Shown here: positions 1 to 12,729 of the stretch, piece by piece | Layout: each line of letters opens with the position of its first letter | How positions within the stretch are numbered: position 1 is the stretch's first letter | Assembly (NCBI RefSeq): GCF_037042905.1 | Contig: NC_087250.1 | Location: 10,728,001-10,792,000 of the forward strand | Reading direction: 5' to 3' | DNA from: Lytechinus pictus | Lineage: Eukaryota | Length of the DNA stretch: 64,000 nt | Notes under the pieces: generated by a model | The model's database searches: none | What the model was told of the DNA's origin: nothing | What the model saw: only the letters and a program-made list of their open reading frames with translations | Made by a program: the position numbers and the translations under genes

Positions 1-1900
1 TAAGGTGTATACTCGGGGCTGTCAAATAAGGTGAGGGAAAAGAGAAAGAATAACAAGAAAATGAAATTATTATGGACAATTTTGGAATTCGTACTTAAAA
101 ACATACTTGGTAATATTCGTGTAGTTTTAGAAGGGTTGGGGTCTGATGTTAAATAAGTAATTTAGATGATCCAACAATATAATTTCTTTATTGTTATTAC
201 CCTATTATAATTTTTTTGAAGTATGCTGTGGGTTAATCAAGGTAACTGCACGTTGTGTTGAAAATAGCTGATTTTAAAAATGAATCTTTTTCGTGAATAG
301 ACTGGAATCAAGCTCATAAACATTCTTCTAAATGATAGTCCAAAATACATTATAATATGATTACATTTAGGGCTATACTTAAGGGCTGTCAAATAAGATA
401 AGAATTTATTTTTCGTTTGATCTTAGGAATGGGTCTTATTTGAAATAAATAATGTTAAAGGGCCAAAAAATATAATTTATTTTATTGTCCTTACACTAAA
501 TATCAATGATTTTTTTTTGTACTTATACTGTTGGTTAATCAATGTGTTTGTACTTTGTGTTGAACATAGCTGATTTTATGAAATAATATAGACAGAAATC
601 AAGCTTTTAGGCATTCCTCTAAAGTATAATCCATAATGCTTATGTAAATAAGGTGTGTTTGCTAACTGTGAAAGGAGATAAGTAATAACAAGAATATAAA
701 GATAATGGAAATTTTTATCAAACACGTACTTAGAAAAGTATTTGGACCTATTCGTGTGGATAAAAAGGTGGGTCTGAGTTGAAATAATTAATGTTCGAGG
801 AAAAAAAAAAATTGTTTTATTGTCATATTACACTAAATATCAATAGATTTTATTCGTACTTATACTGGGGGCTAATCAAGGTGACTGTACGTTGTGTCAA
901 ACATATACAGGAATCCCCTTCATTGTTATGTTGAATAGACATAAATCAAGTTTAAAGATATTCCTGTATAGAAGTATCCAAATACTTACCAATATCATCG
1001 TAATGAAGTGTATTTTTACTTGCTGTGAATGAAGACGAGGGAAAGATAGAAAATGGCAAGAATACAAAGTAAAAACATTATAAAACTTGTTATTGAAATT
1101 TTAATTGGTAGCGTATCTGGAACTATTCCTGTCATTTAATGGATGGGGTCTTATTTTGAATGAGTAATGTTAGAGGTTTTAGAAATAGAATCATTTTATT
1201 GTCATTACATTAAGGTAAAGCGAATACGTATAAATATGTTAACATGCATACTTACTCTCTGTCAAATGAGATAACGAAACAGAGAGAATGACAAGAATAT
1301 AACTCATACAATATTATGGAACGTGTTATCGAAAACTTATTTGGAAAAGTATCTGAAATTAGCTGGGTAATTGTAAGGTGAATTCTGAATTGTAATGTTA
1401 GACGATCCAAAAATATAATTTTATTGTCATTACATTTTACATCAACTGATTTCTTTCATACTTAAGACTTAGAGTCCTTCAAACCGAAAATTTACCCTGT
1501 TTAATATATCTGATTTACATGTAAGAAGAAACATTTTTTTTCGAAGTCAGCTAAAATAAATAGGAGTCATGTTCAAAGGACCTTCATCTTGAGAAAGATC
1601 AACGATAGAGTATACGTATAAATATCATACATGTTAAAGCCGAGGTAATAATAACATTATTATGCTATCAGCAGGGCCCGCTGGTAGAACAGTTTTCAGA
1701 ACTGAAGTGGCTTCCCTGGGTTAAATATGACGTTATTCTTCTTCTTATTGTTTTTATTATCATCATTATTATTATTATTATACTTACTGTCTGTTTAATA
1801 AGATGATGGAAAGGAGAGAAAATGACAAAGGAAATAAAGTTTAAACAAATCATGAAATATGTTATCAAAACTTACTTGGATACGTATGTGAAACTATTCC
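1..1900. repeat. Degenerate tandem repeat, ~300-350 bp units
   Basis: Recurring motifs G(T/C)TAATCAA..GT at ~232, ~534 and ~872, and CTGT(C/G)AA...GAGA...AACAAGAATA-like blocks at ~20, ~385, ~665, ~1025, ~1260 and ~1790. Confidence 0.7.
1630..1760 (+). mobile_element. 3' fragment of tRNA-derived SINE
   Basis: GCAGGGCCCGCTGGTAGAACAGTTTTCAGAACTGAAGTGGCTTCCCTGGG followed by a (TTA/TTC)n tail; matches the 3' end of the full SINE at 32253-32540. Confidence 0.7.
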
Positions 1901-2224
1901 CGTAATTTAGGGGTCGGTCTATTGGCAAGCTGTGAAATGTTGCCATGATTGTGGGCATGGTGGGTAAGCTGTGAAATCTTACCATTAAATAGTTAACTTG
2001 GCAAGCTGTGATATCTTGCTTATGTTTCTGATTTTGGATTATCTTTTTATTCCCACCTATTGGTTAAATTCTATATACAGAAAGTCATTAGTAGTCACCT
2101 CAGGAGCCATCCATACCTATATCATTATGCAAAACAATATATTATATTACGACTTTTACAGTTACATGCACTACTCAGTGATATGCAAATAAAGAGAGTC
2201 GATGATGTCCCTCGCTCACTATTT

Positions 2225-2590
2225 CGTTTGTTATTTATTTATTATTATTTATTTATTTTGTTTTATTTATTTTATACTGCAGGGTAGGCCTGTTCAGTTC
2301 TTAAAACTGCTTTACAAAGGCGCCCTGCAGTTTAAAATACATGTCAAGATAACTATGAACAACAACAACAAACAACATCAAAAATACAAAATACAAAATA
2401 TCTAACATCAGAAACAATTAACACCAAGATATAGAGTGGGAAGTGACAATTTAAACATACATAGCATTGTAAATCAAAGGAATATCATTTCGTTCTTTAT
2501 CAATTCGTATGAAAGGCTTTGCATAATTTTTTAAAAACTAACAAGGAATTACAAACTTGTAAATTTGAAGGAAGTGCATTATGTATTGTT
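2225..2590 (-). mobile_element. 3' end of a CR1/L2-group LINE (ORF2 C-terminus, 3'UTR, AATAA tail)
   Basis: Minus strand ~2580-2490 reads HNALPSNLQVCNSLLVFKKLCK, resembling the WNxLP..FK ORF2 end. It finishes with GCAGGGCGCCTTTGTAAAGCAGTTTTAAGAACTGAACAGGCCTACCCTGC plus (AATAA)n. Confidence 0.55.
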
Positions 2591-4000
2591 TATATATTTC
2601 AATGTTACAGATTAGTCAATTGGTTTGGTTTTATTTACCGTATAAAATCACAATAAAATACATTTCACAAGATATTAGATTAAATATGAATATATAAATA
2701 TGCACATAAAAACATACGGATGGATCACTCTATTCAGAGCCATTTATATAATGGCTCTGTTCTTCCGAGAGGTCCAATAAGGACCAACTTGACTAAACCA
2801 CAAAATTGTAATAGAACATTGAAAATTCCACATGTTCAGAGAAAAAGAAAACTTTGTTTCACAATTAGGAGAAGAATGAAATATTACATATTGCAAATGA
2901 TAAAATACAAAATTTTGAATGGATGATATCAACATTCCCCCTATGTGCATACCGACCAGTGTGTGATGAACTGATATTTGAAAAAGATTGGATACACAAT
3001 AACTCAAATAGGTAATAATGAACAGTACAATCATTTTGCTCTCAATTAAAGCGCTGTCAGAAACCCTTTTCGTCTTTATTGTCACAATCATGGCGGGGAA
3101 AAATCATTATACACAATTATTGATCCAAAGAAAAGAGAATTTGAAATATGACATCCAAATCCGATTTTCAGACACAGGATGTGAAGTAATAAAACTACGT
3201 TACAAAAGATAATGTTCTCTGAGCTCCCTATAATTCAATGATAAACCGTATAATAGTGATAACGGTTACATTTATATAGCGTTTATTACTTCCAAGCGTT
3301 TTACAACGCAGCTATTAATACCCCGGTCATGGGATCATTTACTTGCAGTCTTTGGTAAAACGTATTAAGTTTTTTTAACGGAGGCCTATATCTTTAGTGT
3401 TCTTAATTTTAATTCAGATGAGTATATCTACGGTATTAGGTATTTCATGTTAAACACATATTAACTCTAATTCATTACTTTTATCATCATCATTATACCA
3501 TCACCATTATCATTACCAAACACTTTTATGTATAATAATGTGCAGTCTTATCTATACATGCTACCCCACTATCTTAGGTTTTGTCAGAGAGCTTAGTTAA
3601 AATAACAATTCGCAAAGATACAGTACATATTAATAGAAAAAAAATTGTCGAATTCCATTACATCAAGTACGTGGCACTGATGGAAGCAGTACATGTTAAT
3701 TAGTCATAGGCCATATTGCTGCCATTGTCTTTAGTGTGGATGTGAGTATGTTAGGATATATACATGTATGCGTGTGTAGTGCCTGTTAGCATTCCTTTGC
3801 AGATATGTAAATTTGTAAGAATCAGAGAGATGGGCAAATAAGGACACTACCTTGTTTAGTCGTAATGGCATCCTTTCCCTCAATGGTATCACTGAGCTCA
3901 CTTCGAAACCTTTTGCGGGTATGTTCTTCTCTCTGTCCTCCATTTGTACAAGGTTGATCTTTAAGGGTGAAATAAAACACATTCTTAATAAGATTGCATT

Positions 4001-4940
4001 CCGGGGGGGGGGGGGCACTTACATTGACGAGTGGATACCATGCACGACCCCAAAAAAAAACCACGTAAAAAAGGATTATTTTTTTAAAGATAGGGCACGT
4101 TACGTTCGTAACGTAATAAGGGTGTCAAAAGCAATAACATAATGAAAAAGGGGTATCTATTTCGTTAGGACATTTACGTGTTTAGGATCAAATTTGCGAG
4201 GGTATACAATCACGAATCTAAAGGATGTACTTTTTGCCCCAACACTACGTGTTTAGAGTACGATTTTCGCGAGTTGGGCTGTACTAAATCCAATGATGTA
4301 GGTATAAGGTAAAACCGACGACCGACGTCCGTGTTTGAAATATCGCTGTACTTGTTTAGGGGTACAATTCAGGGAATACTTGCCAATAGTATTGTCTTGT
4401 TTCTAATACGTGTTAAGGGTAGGGTTTCACACGCCAATACTTGTTAAAGGGGAATCCAGCCTTGGCCATTAAATGTTGTGTTGGGAAGGAGAAAAATAAA
4501 TTAAACAGAATGGTGAAAGTTTGAAAGAAATCGGACAAGCAATAAGAAAGTTATAGCTGCTTTAAAATTGAGATCACTAATACTATGTAGATTTCAAATT
4601 GGCAACTTGGTAAGTAAATTATGACAAGGGGCAAGGACAACTTTCCCATAGGCCATGTACTTTATTATCAGGGATTTGTGGTTTTCTCTTAAGTACCTAT
4701 TCCCCTGGGGCAGTAATCTAAATATAACCCAGGTAGTATATTGTTTTATGTCCTCATGAAAGAAAAATATAATTTGAAATAAAACTTTTGGGAAAAATGA
4801 CATATTAGCCAAGTTTTTATTTGGGTTGGATTCCCCTTTAAGGGGTGCATTTTCAGAATATGGAAAAGACGTGTTTAGGTTGCTTTTTGGTACCCCATGG
4901 TCGCGCATGGTATCCACCCGTGAATGGAAGTGCCCCCGGG
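4001..4940. mobile_element. Non-autonomous DNA transposon (CCGGG termini)
   Basis: TIRs CCGGG(G)nCACTT.CATT.ACG.GTGGATACCATGC and its reverse complement at 4898-4940; flanked by direct repeat ATTGCATT (3993-4000 and 4941-4948). Confidence 0.8.
4448..4837. mobile_element. Kolobok-like MITE nested in the 4001-4940 element
   Basis: TTAA|AGGGGAATCCA ... TGGATTCCCCT|TTAA: TTAA TSD with AG termini. Confidence 0.8.
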
Positions 4941-5344
4941 ATTGCATTAGATAAAGCAGTTTATAAGACATTTTAATGTCAAGCACAGCATATATATGTG
5001 ACGTCTAATCTACTTCCGTTCGTAATCGCGGACCATGTCGAACTCGCATTTTTAGTTTCAGAATAAACGCAATCATAATTGCCCTCTTCGCAGGATTCGA
5101 CCCTGCATGAGGATTCAACACTCCGGCCGAGGTGTGTGTAAACACGGTATTCGTTGAGCCCTTCACAAGTGTATGTCACCATAGGTCCATGGGGTGAGTG
5201 AGTGGTGGTAGAGTGTGAGGAAGGGGTGATGTGTTCTGGGTGTGTTTGTGAGGGTGCGGATGTTTGGGGTTTTTGAGTTTGTCATGGTTGAGTGTCTTTC
5301 TGCCTGCGTACAAATTATTTTTGGACACTTTGTTCTTCACCCAC

Positions 5345-5370
5345 TTAGCGCAACTTAGATCCACGCGAAA
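5345..5370 (-). CDS. Possible short terminal coding exon of the death-domain gene (VSRGSKLR*)
   Basis: Acceptor CTCTTCCCGCATATTTTGGTAACAG|TTTCG; phase-compatible with the phase-1 donor at 5808; stop TAA at 5347-5345. Inference only. Confidence 0.25.
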
Positions 5371-5808
5371 CTGTTACCAAAATATGCGGGAAGAGCAATT
5401 CTATCAGGACATATTAATAAATCAATGATTAAAGGTTCCTACTTCAGACAAGCCAAGGCAACTTTAAACTGACGAGACAATTTTTTTCTGACTTCACACT
5501 GTATACATATTTGGGCTTGGCTCTCTCTCTCTCTGTCTCTTTCTCTTTATCACTCGTTTTTTTTTTCTTATATATAATTTATTTTATATATTTGTTTTTG
5601 TTGTTATTCAGAAAAGGTGCAGTGGAAAGTACCATATGTAGTAGCTCCGACAGGCATTTACCACAGTGCCATCTGAGATATGGCGCCAAAGAAATACGAA
5701 ATATGTAATACCAGTAATAGAATTCAAATATAATTGTTAATTCCCCTACACATAAAAAAATAATCCAAGATAAATACAATATGTTCTCACGTAAATAATA
5801 GCACTTAC

Positions 5809-6083
5809 CAAAATGAATATCTGCTAGTTCACTAAGTTGTGCTTTTTCGAGGGCCGTCTTCATCATATTTCGCTGAATACTTGTTGGGGTGTTATTCCTC
5901 CATTGCCGAAGCATCTCCAATGTTCCTTCACTGGTCACTCTTCCATTCAGCTGGTTGGTTTTCACGAAAATATCCGCATCCGCCAACGAAAACCCCAATT
6001 TCAGAGCTAGTTTCCGCAAATTCCAGACATTCCCTATCTCCCCTGCTAGTTCCAAGATCAGCTCGTCACTTACTCCATCCATT
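5809..6083 (-). CDS. DEATH-domain-encoding exon (possibly pseudogenised)
   Basis: MDGVSDELILELAGEIGNVWNLRKLALKLGFSLADADIF...GTLEMLRQWRN...MKTALEKAQLSELADIHF fits a six-helix death fold (W..LA..LG, ..ML..W, ..AL....L..LA). Donor TTTG|GTAAGT at 5809/5808; acceptor TTAG|AATG at 6084/6083. Confidence 0.8.
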
Positions 6084-6087
6084 CTAA

Positions 6088-8670
6088 CAGTCTAGTAGAA
6101 CCACAACATTACCGTCAAGTTGGGTATGTATGCATTTTTTTTTGGCTGAAAGTTGTAGTATAGGGTGTCTACTTTAAGAATCCGATGGATGCCACTTGGG
6201 TACCCATTTATTTTAAATTGACGTCATATGCCACGCCCACTTTTTACATATCATGACTTTCATTTTTTACGAAATAAACATGTCATGTTAGCTATCAAAT
6301 TAAAGCTTATGAAAAATTAAATACAAACATATATATATCACTGGGCATTTAAATCACGCATATGTCAGTGAAGGGTCAGTTAAGGTCATAAAAGGTCAAA
6401 TTGCATAACAAATGTAACTGATACATATTATAAGGCGATAAATATCATGTTTTAAATACAAACAATTTAGGTATAGTACATGCATTTTTTGCTTAAAGTT
6501 AAGTTGAGGGTATGCATATTAAGAATTCGATGGTTGCTACCTTGGCATCTTGAGGGATTTTATTTATGTGACGTCATAAGCCACATCAACTTTTTTACAT
6601 TCCTCTTGTTACTTTTCTACTGAGCGGAATAAACATATCATATTTAATATCAAATAATAGCAAATGCAAAATCAATCCACGTATATGAATCACAAGGCAT
6701 GAAAAACGCGTATTTGGTTCGGATACCATGTTGTGTAAATTTGGCAAGGTAAAGACTTCCACTCTGATCTTGCATATTCCTCTTCCAGACTGATTTCCCT
6801 TCTTCAATTTCAATTGCATGTTAAGTTATATAATTGTGTTTAGAACGGCACAATATATACGATACACCAAGTGGCAAACGCTAGCCCTAGAATTTCATAT
6901 GGTGGCCCCGATTTTAATCCACATGGAACAAGTTTTGATAATTCCATGATGGGAGTATCCACTGTGCTATGAACATGTACAGGAATGTATGGTGGCCCTG
7001 AAGGGACATCGCAAATAGACCAAATCGCGAATATCCACGACGAAATTGGCGACGAAATTCACGACGTCGCCAATTTCGTCGTCAATTTGAATATTCACGA
7101 CGAAATTGGCAACGGAATTCACGACATCGTGAATTTCGTCGCCAATTTCGTCGCGAATTATTCACGACGAAATTTACGACGTCGCCAATTTTCGTCGGCA
7201 ATTTGAATATTGACGACGAAATTCACGACATCGTGAATTTCGTCGCCAATTATTTACGACAAAATTCACGACGTCGTGAATTTCGTCAATATTCTAATTG
7301 GCGACGAAATGCACGATGTCGTGAATTTCGTCAATATTCTAATTGGCGACGTCGTGAATTTCGTCGCCGATTTCGTTGTGAATATTCGCGATTGGGTCTA
7401 TTTGCGATATCCCTTCAGGGCCACCATAGGAATGCCCTCCAAACTTATACTTCCCATCCATACATGGAAGGTTACTTGCAGGGGAGTCTTTCGGATCAGA
7501 TTTTCTCCAGATAAAGCTCCTTTCAGTTGGGTAGGCTCTTATAATCTTTGTAGAATCTTTCTTCTTGCAAAAAAAATGTGAACTAATGCTAAGCAATTTA
7601 AGAGAGACTTACATTTGTTATTAGTTAGGAAAGAGATAGAGTATACCCCTTGCCAAATTAACAAAACATGGTATCCCAACATATTACAGGAATTGTCTGT
7701 GCACAGCCAGCCTTTTCTCCTATAAAAGGCTATAGTTTCAATATCATATCTTTAATATCAATTACCTTTTCATCAGTATGTAGATTAGACTTGTAAAACC
7801 ATAAAGGACAACAGTCTGGTAGAACAAAAATGTCAGTGTCGTCAGAGAAAAATTATATATGATTCTACTCCAATGGCCCTAATGACATCTTCAGAAGATA
7901 TTTGATAGTATGTACTTGTTTATGACAAAGTGGTTGCTCCCATGAATTACAACAACGTACGTGTCGATGAAAGTCATAATTCATACTGCAAGTGTGAAAC
8001 ACAGTATACAGCTAAGGCAGAGACTTGCAGTCGAGATTGTTGAGGAAAGGGAAACCGGTGAGCATCTTGTTGAAGAGGATAGGACATTTGCTATAATTTG
8101 ATATTACACATATGATATGTTTATTCCGCTCAATAGAAAAGTATCAATTGAGAGGAATGGAAGAAGGTTATGTGGTTTATGACGTCAGAAAAAATAAAAT
8201 TGCTCAAGATGCCAAGGTCGCACCCATCTGCACACCCTCAACTTAACTCAAAGCAAAAAATGCATATAATGTATAACCTCTTTTGTATTTAAAACATATT
8301 TTTCGCCTTATATGTATTACTTACATTTGTAATGCACTTTGACCTTTTATGACCTTAAATGACCTTTTACTGACATTAACGTGATTTGAATGCACAGTGA
8401 TTCAAACATTTGCACTTGATTTTTCATTAGCTTTTATTTGATACCAAACATGACATGATTATTTTGTAAAATATGAAAGTCATATTTAAGAGCTATGTAA
8501 AAGTGGGCGTGGCCTATGACGTCGATTAAAAAAAATACCAGGTGCACAAGTGGCACCCGTCGGATACTTGAAGTAGACACCCTATATTACAACTTTCAGC
8601 AAAAAAATGCATATACATGTATACCCAACTTGACGGTCATGCAATAGTTTTGATCATATCTACCCGACTA
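6088..8670. mobile_element. Non-autonomous long-TIR DNA transposon, Academ-like
   Basis: ~570-bp inverted arms (6088-6665 vs ~8090-8670); termini CAGTC.../...GACTA; 3-bp TSD TAA (6085-6087 and 8671-8673). Confidence 0.75.
6988..7428. mobile_element. IS3EU-like MITE with internal CACGACGAAATT repeats
   Basis: TIR TATGGTGGCCCTGAAGGGA(C/T)ATCGCAAATAGACC; 6-bp TSD GGAATG (6982-6987 and 7429-7434). TAYGG ends with a 6-bp TSD are characteristic of IS3EU. Confidence 0.85.
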
Positions 8671-8818
8671 TAAGGAATGATAACCAAATAAGCCTTACTT
8701 ACGGTGCTTTGATTGTCTGCACGGGGTGTTTCGTTTTTATAGCACAAAAAATAGTTATGTAAATTTTGATTGTCAAGTCTCTACAAGGGTAGTGTCTACA
8801 TAATCTGTATCCATTTGG

Positions 8819-9330
8819 CAGGGATGGGCTCAATTACAACGTAACTGATCAATTACGTAATTAATATTTTTTTGTAATTTAAATTGTAATTGAAGTTTTG
8901 AAAGGGAAAGAAATTTCAATTGGAAAAAAAAAAATGTAATTGACTTTAATTACTGCCAATAACTTTAATTACATTCAATAACTTTACAATAAACATTTAA
9001 AAACTTTGATTTAATTTCGTGACCTTTTTCATGTAATCTTCTTCAGCATCAAAGAGATTAATAGGCAGAGTCAGGGCTGTGTAACTTAAATCTTCATCTT
9101 GTCAGTTTCTCTGTAACTTAGAGTTACATGTATGTTGAAATAGGTGGTACTATGTACTGAATAAAACTTTGTTTTAATCTCTTATAGAAAATTATTGAAA
9201 ATGTAACTGTAACTGACAAAAGTAATTGGTAATTGTAATTGGAATTCAATTGAAATGTAATCGTAGTGGAATATATATTTAATTACGTAATTTTAATTTT
9301 AATTGAAGAGAGTAGTTGAGCCAAACCCTG
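8819..9330. mobile_element. hAT-like MITE
   Basis: TIR CAGGG(A/T)T(G/T)GGCTCAA; internal GTAATT/AATTAC repeats; imperfect 8-bp flanks CCATTTGG and CCCTTGGG. Confidence 0.6.
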
Positions 9331-11984
9331 CCCTTGGGGAATGTACCAGCCCTCTCTCGCACTGGTCTGCTGGGCAAACCCTTCACTCGAGTAAAGAGTC
9401 TGAATTGCAGCCTACTCATGCCTTGTGTACTGAAGGCCTTCAAACAGCAGTTTGGTATGTGCTAGTCTTTGCGTGGAGACACACATGTTGATCAAATTTT
9501 CAATCAGGGTCTGTGCCTGCAGACTACTCTTGCATCTTTTCTCTTCGCCGCCAAGAATAAATACTGTATAATTATATACATGCACTGACTAGTCGTAGAG
9601 ATGGCGTTTAAAGAAAATGTTAATGACGATGATGATGGTCAGTACCACAGATTATATATTTTTTTCATACTAATACAGTAGAGAGAAGCAAACTAAACAA
9701 ACTTTAGATTATCTTTATTTTACGGAGGGGGGGGGGGGGGTATTCTAAAGCCTGAGTAAAACGGAGGTGTTTGCTGAAAAGAGCCAAGGGCTTGTAAAAA
9801 GGCAAGCTCCTCAACTTTGATTCATTGCATAATCTACGCGCAAAAAGATCATGCAATTTGCAATTCATAGCCAAATGAGTACGAGTAATCAAAGAATAAA
9901 TGAAAAAAAATGAAAATACAATTTAATTATTTTTTTTCAGTTTGCGTCATTTTAGGAAAAAATATTTACATTATAGGATTTTGAAAAATATTGAGGCAAG
10001 AATTTCGAAAGGCAGTCATTGAGAAGGTACATTAATTCGTTACAAATACAAATAAAGTTCTTGTTAATGGAATGTGATAATGTTGTTGCCTTTTTGGATA
10101 TTAGTTTAGAGATGTATTTTAAACATATAAAGAAAATAGTGGGGAGATTTGAACATCAGTTGACCAACTGTTCACTTACTGAGAGAATGTTATTATCAAA
10201 CAAAAATATCAATACTGTATATGATCTAAAGCGTGTTTGAAAAACATATTCTATAAGCTTTATTATTTGGAGCAATAGCATCCTAGTTAATTGCGTCTGT
10301 ACAGTACAATCCCAAACAATAAAACATTATTGCAATAATGTACATGTATTTAAAAAGAAATACTCTTATTTGGTGGCCATCAGCATGGACGCCACTTGGA
10401 GTATATGGCTTAGAGCCATTTTTTTGGAGGGTATCCTGCTTGTCTTGGGGTCACTCGGCTGGGAAAGTTACTGTGGCATCTCCCCTTAAAATGCCAGCTG
10501 TAAGTGTAATTTTGGTACCTATCAAAACTGTTGCTACGGAAAATGTAGTAAATTTTGGCACCACACCTGAAAATGATCAGTATTAGGTGAAGAATGATTG
10601 TACCAAGTTTTATACTTGTAGCATTTTCTAAGCTGAAACAGCTGCTGCATTTTGCACCCTTCGGCTGCACCATAACGCCAAATCAAATTCATTGGGCTAT
10701 GTGTAATCATTGCATTTGTTACTTGCCGCGGTTATGCATAACTTATATCAAGAAATTAGAAAGCAAATGATTTGTATTATATGGCTTATGGTGTTAATAC
10801 ATATACTTAAAAAAATCATTGCAGCACTGGCAACATTGATCGGTAATAATATCCCCCATTTCCTTGTTTTAAAGCAACTTACCTCCCTAGTGATGCTATT
10901 TCTCAGCCGGCAGATTAAAATGGCGCCCAAGTGTGTTTGTTTGATAAGGCATTTCATATCATATTGCACAGTGCAAACACTAATACGCACTGGCAGAATG
11001 ATTCAATATTCTATTAATAGTCAAGCCTGGCGAGTCTAAAGTCCATAACTGGGAGCTTTGGCGTGAGCCTGTATTGTAAGCCAATTAAAGCATTGGCGGA
11101 TCCAATATTTTGCTTTAAAATGGCGATTTCTAAATAAAGTTGAATGTATTTTTTTTGGCCGGCGCGTGAACTATAGGTTTTTGATGTTCGTTATAGGCGT
11201 ATGTGTATAAAACATTCGTAATATTCAGCGTGATCACCCCCCCCCCCATCGAACCGTTATGTGGCTCCTGGTGGAAACGGTATCTTTGGGGTTTTTTTAA
11301 AGTCAAATATGTCATCACCCCCCCCTTCTCTATGTCCATCCTCACCCGTTATGATCCCACAATGCACGTGCAAATATATCTCTCTCACGCATTCTCTCTC
11401 CTTAGCCCCCCGCCCCCTCTTTTTCTCGTCCGCTCTTTTCTTCATCTATCAATGCATCATTTTCTGTCACTTCTTCTCTCAAAATATCAATACACACAAA
11501 CATTTCTCTCTCTTTCTAGTATACTCTTTCAATATCCCCCTCCCCTTTGTGTCTCATACTTTCTCTCTCCCTTTCTCATTCCTCCGCCTCCTTTATTTAT
11601 ATGTCAATTTTCTGTCTTTATAAACCAATAATACAAACATCTACCCTCTTATTTAATCCTCCTCTCTTGTTTCTATCTGTGTCTAGCCCCCTCTCTATTT
11701 TCAATCCTCTCCAACTATGCTTTTCATTTTCCCCAAGTGCTGCTACAGACACAACTCACAGGTTCAAGAAAAAACATGGATCCTACAACGTGTAGAACGA
11801 GTCGTAAAGGGTATCGTAGAACTTTCATTCCTCTAGCTGAGTGATTGGTTATTAGTCCAGTCAATCTAGCCAGAACAGGGTAACCTACCACTAATTGCAA
11901 CACGGGATATTTCACTGAAATTCTTTCCAGGAAGGTCCCCTAAACAACATACTAAAAGTCCCAAAAGATCCGAGCAGTGGAAAT

Positions 11985-12620
11985 TTAAGAAATTTGCATA
12001 TTAATAAATTAGCCATAAAATTTTTTTAAAGACAGGGAAACAAATCAAATATTGCTAATTAATTGTCCAAAACAATTTAATTTTAATGAAAGTTCATGAT
12101 AAATAACTGAATACAATGTTTTTAATCAAAAGTGCAAAAAATTATACCTTATTTGAATATTAGGTAAATAAGCATCGATATATGGAAAAAAAAATGTCAA
12201 GATAATGTGATTTCTTTCACGGAGACTGCTTGAAAACGTTTCATTAAATGTTGAAATTTATATGCTACTATCACTTAGCATGAGAATTCATCCCAATGCC
12301 TAATAAATAATTTGCATATTATGCAAATTAGCCATTAAAAATAGAAAATAGGGAAAATATTCCAAAGATTGCAAATTGTCCAAAGCAAGATATTTTTGAA
12401 CAAAAATTCATGATGAATAAATGAGTTCAATGTTTTTATTCTAAAAAAAAGCTAGCAAATCTGCCTTATTTGCATATTATACAAATAAGTATCTTTAAAA
12501 GAAAAATTTCAAGAAGTTTTTATTTTTCTCACATTGACTGCAGTGAAAACACTTCAGTTGTTCAAATGAATATGCTGCTATCACTAAGCATGCAAATTTA
12601 TCCTAATATAATTTTTATTC
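11985..12620. repeat. Direct duplication of ~320 bp
   Basis: AATTTGCATATT...AAATTAGCCAT...TATGCT(A/G)CTATCACT(T/A)AGCATG occurs at ~11990-12285 and ~12309-12595. Confidence 0.6.
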
Positions 12621-12729
12621 AAGGAAAAATACTGGAAATATGTTCTTCGCTTCGTAAAGCCCTGTTGCTAGTCTGACAAGATGATGGGATTAACAAGAAC
12701 AAATCACAGTATTTAAATTAAATTAAATT

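Noticed and set aside
5579..5808. Transmembrane-like C-terminus of the 167-aa death-domain ORF
   Set aside because: It lies after a consensus GTAAGT donor, so it is intron read-through.
6985..7596. Repetitive ORFs or CRISPR-like pattern
   Set aside because: These are translations of MITE internal repeats bounded by TIRs and a TSD.
9335..11040. Additional exons of the death-domain gene or a decayed gene
   Set aside because: The composition is mildly coding-like, but all frames have stops and I recognised no domain.
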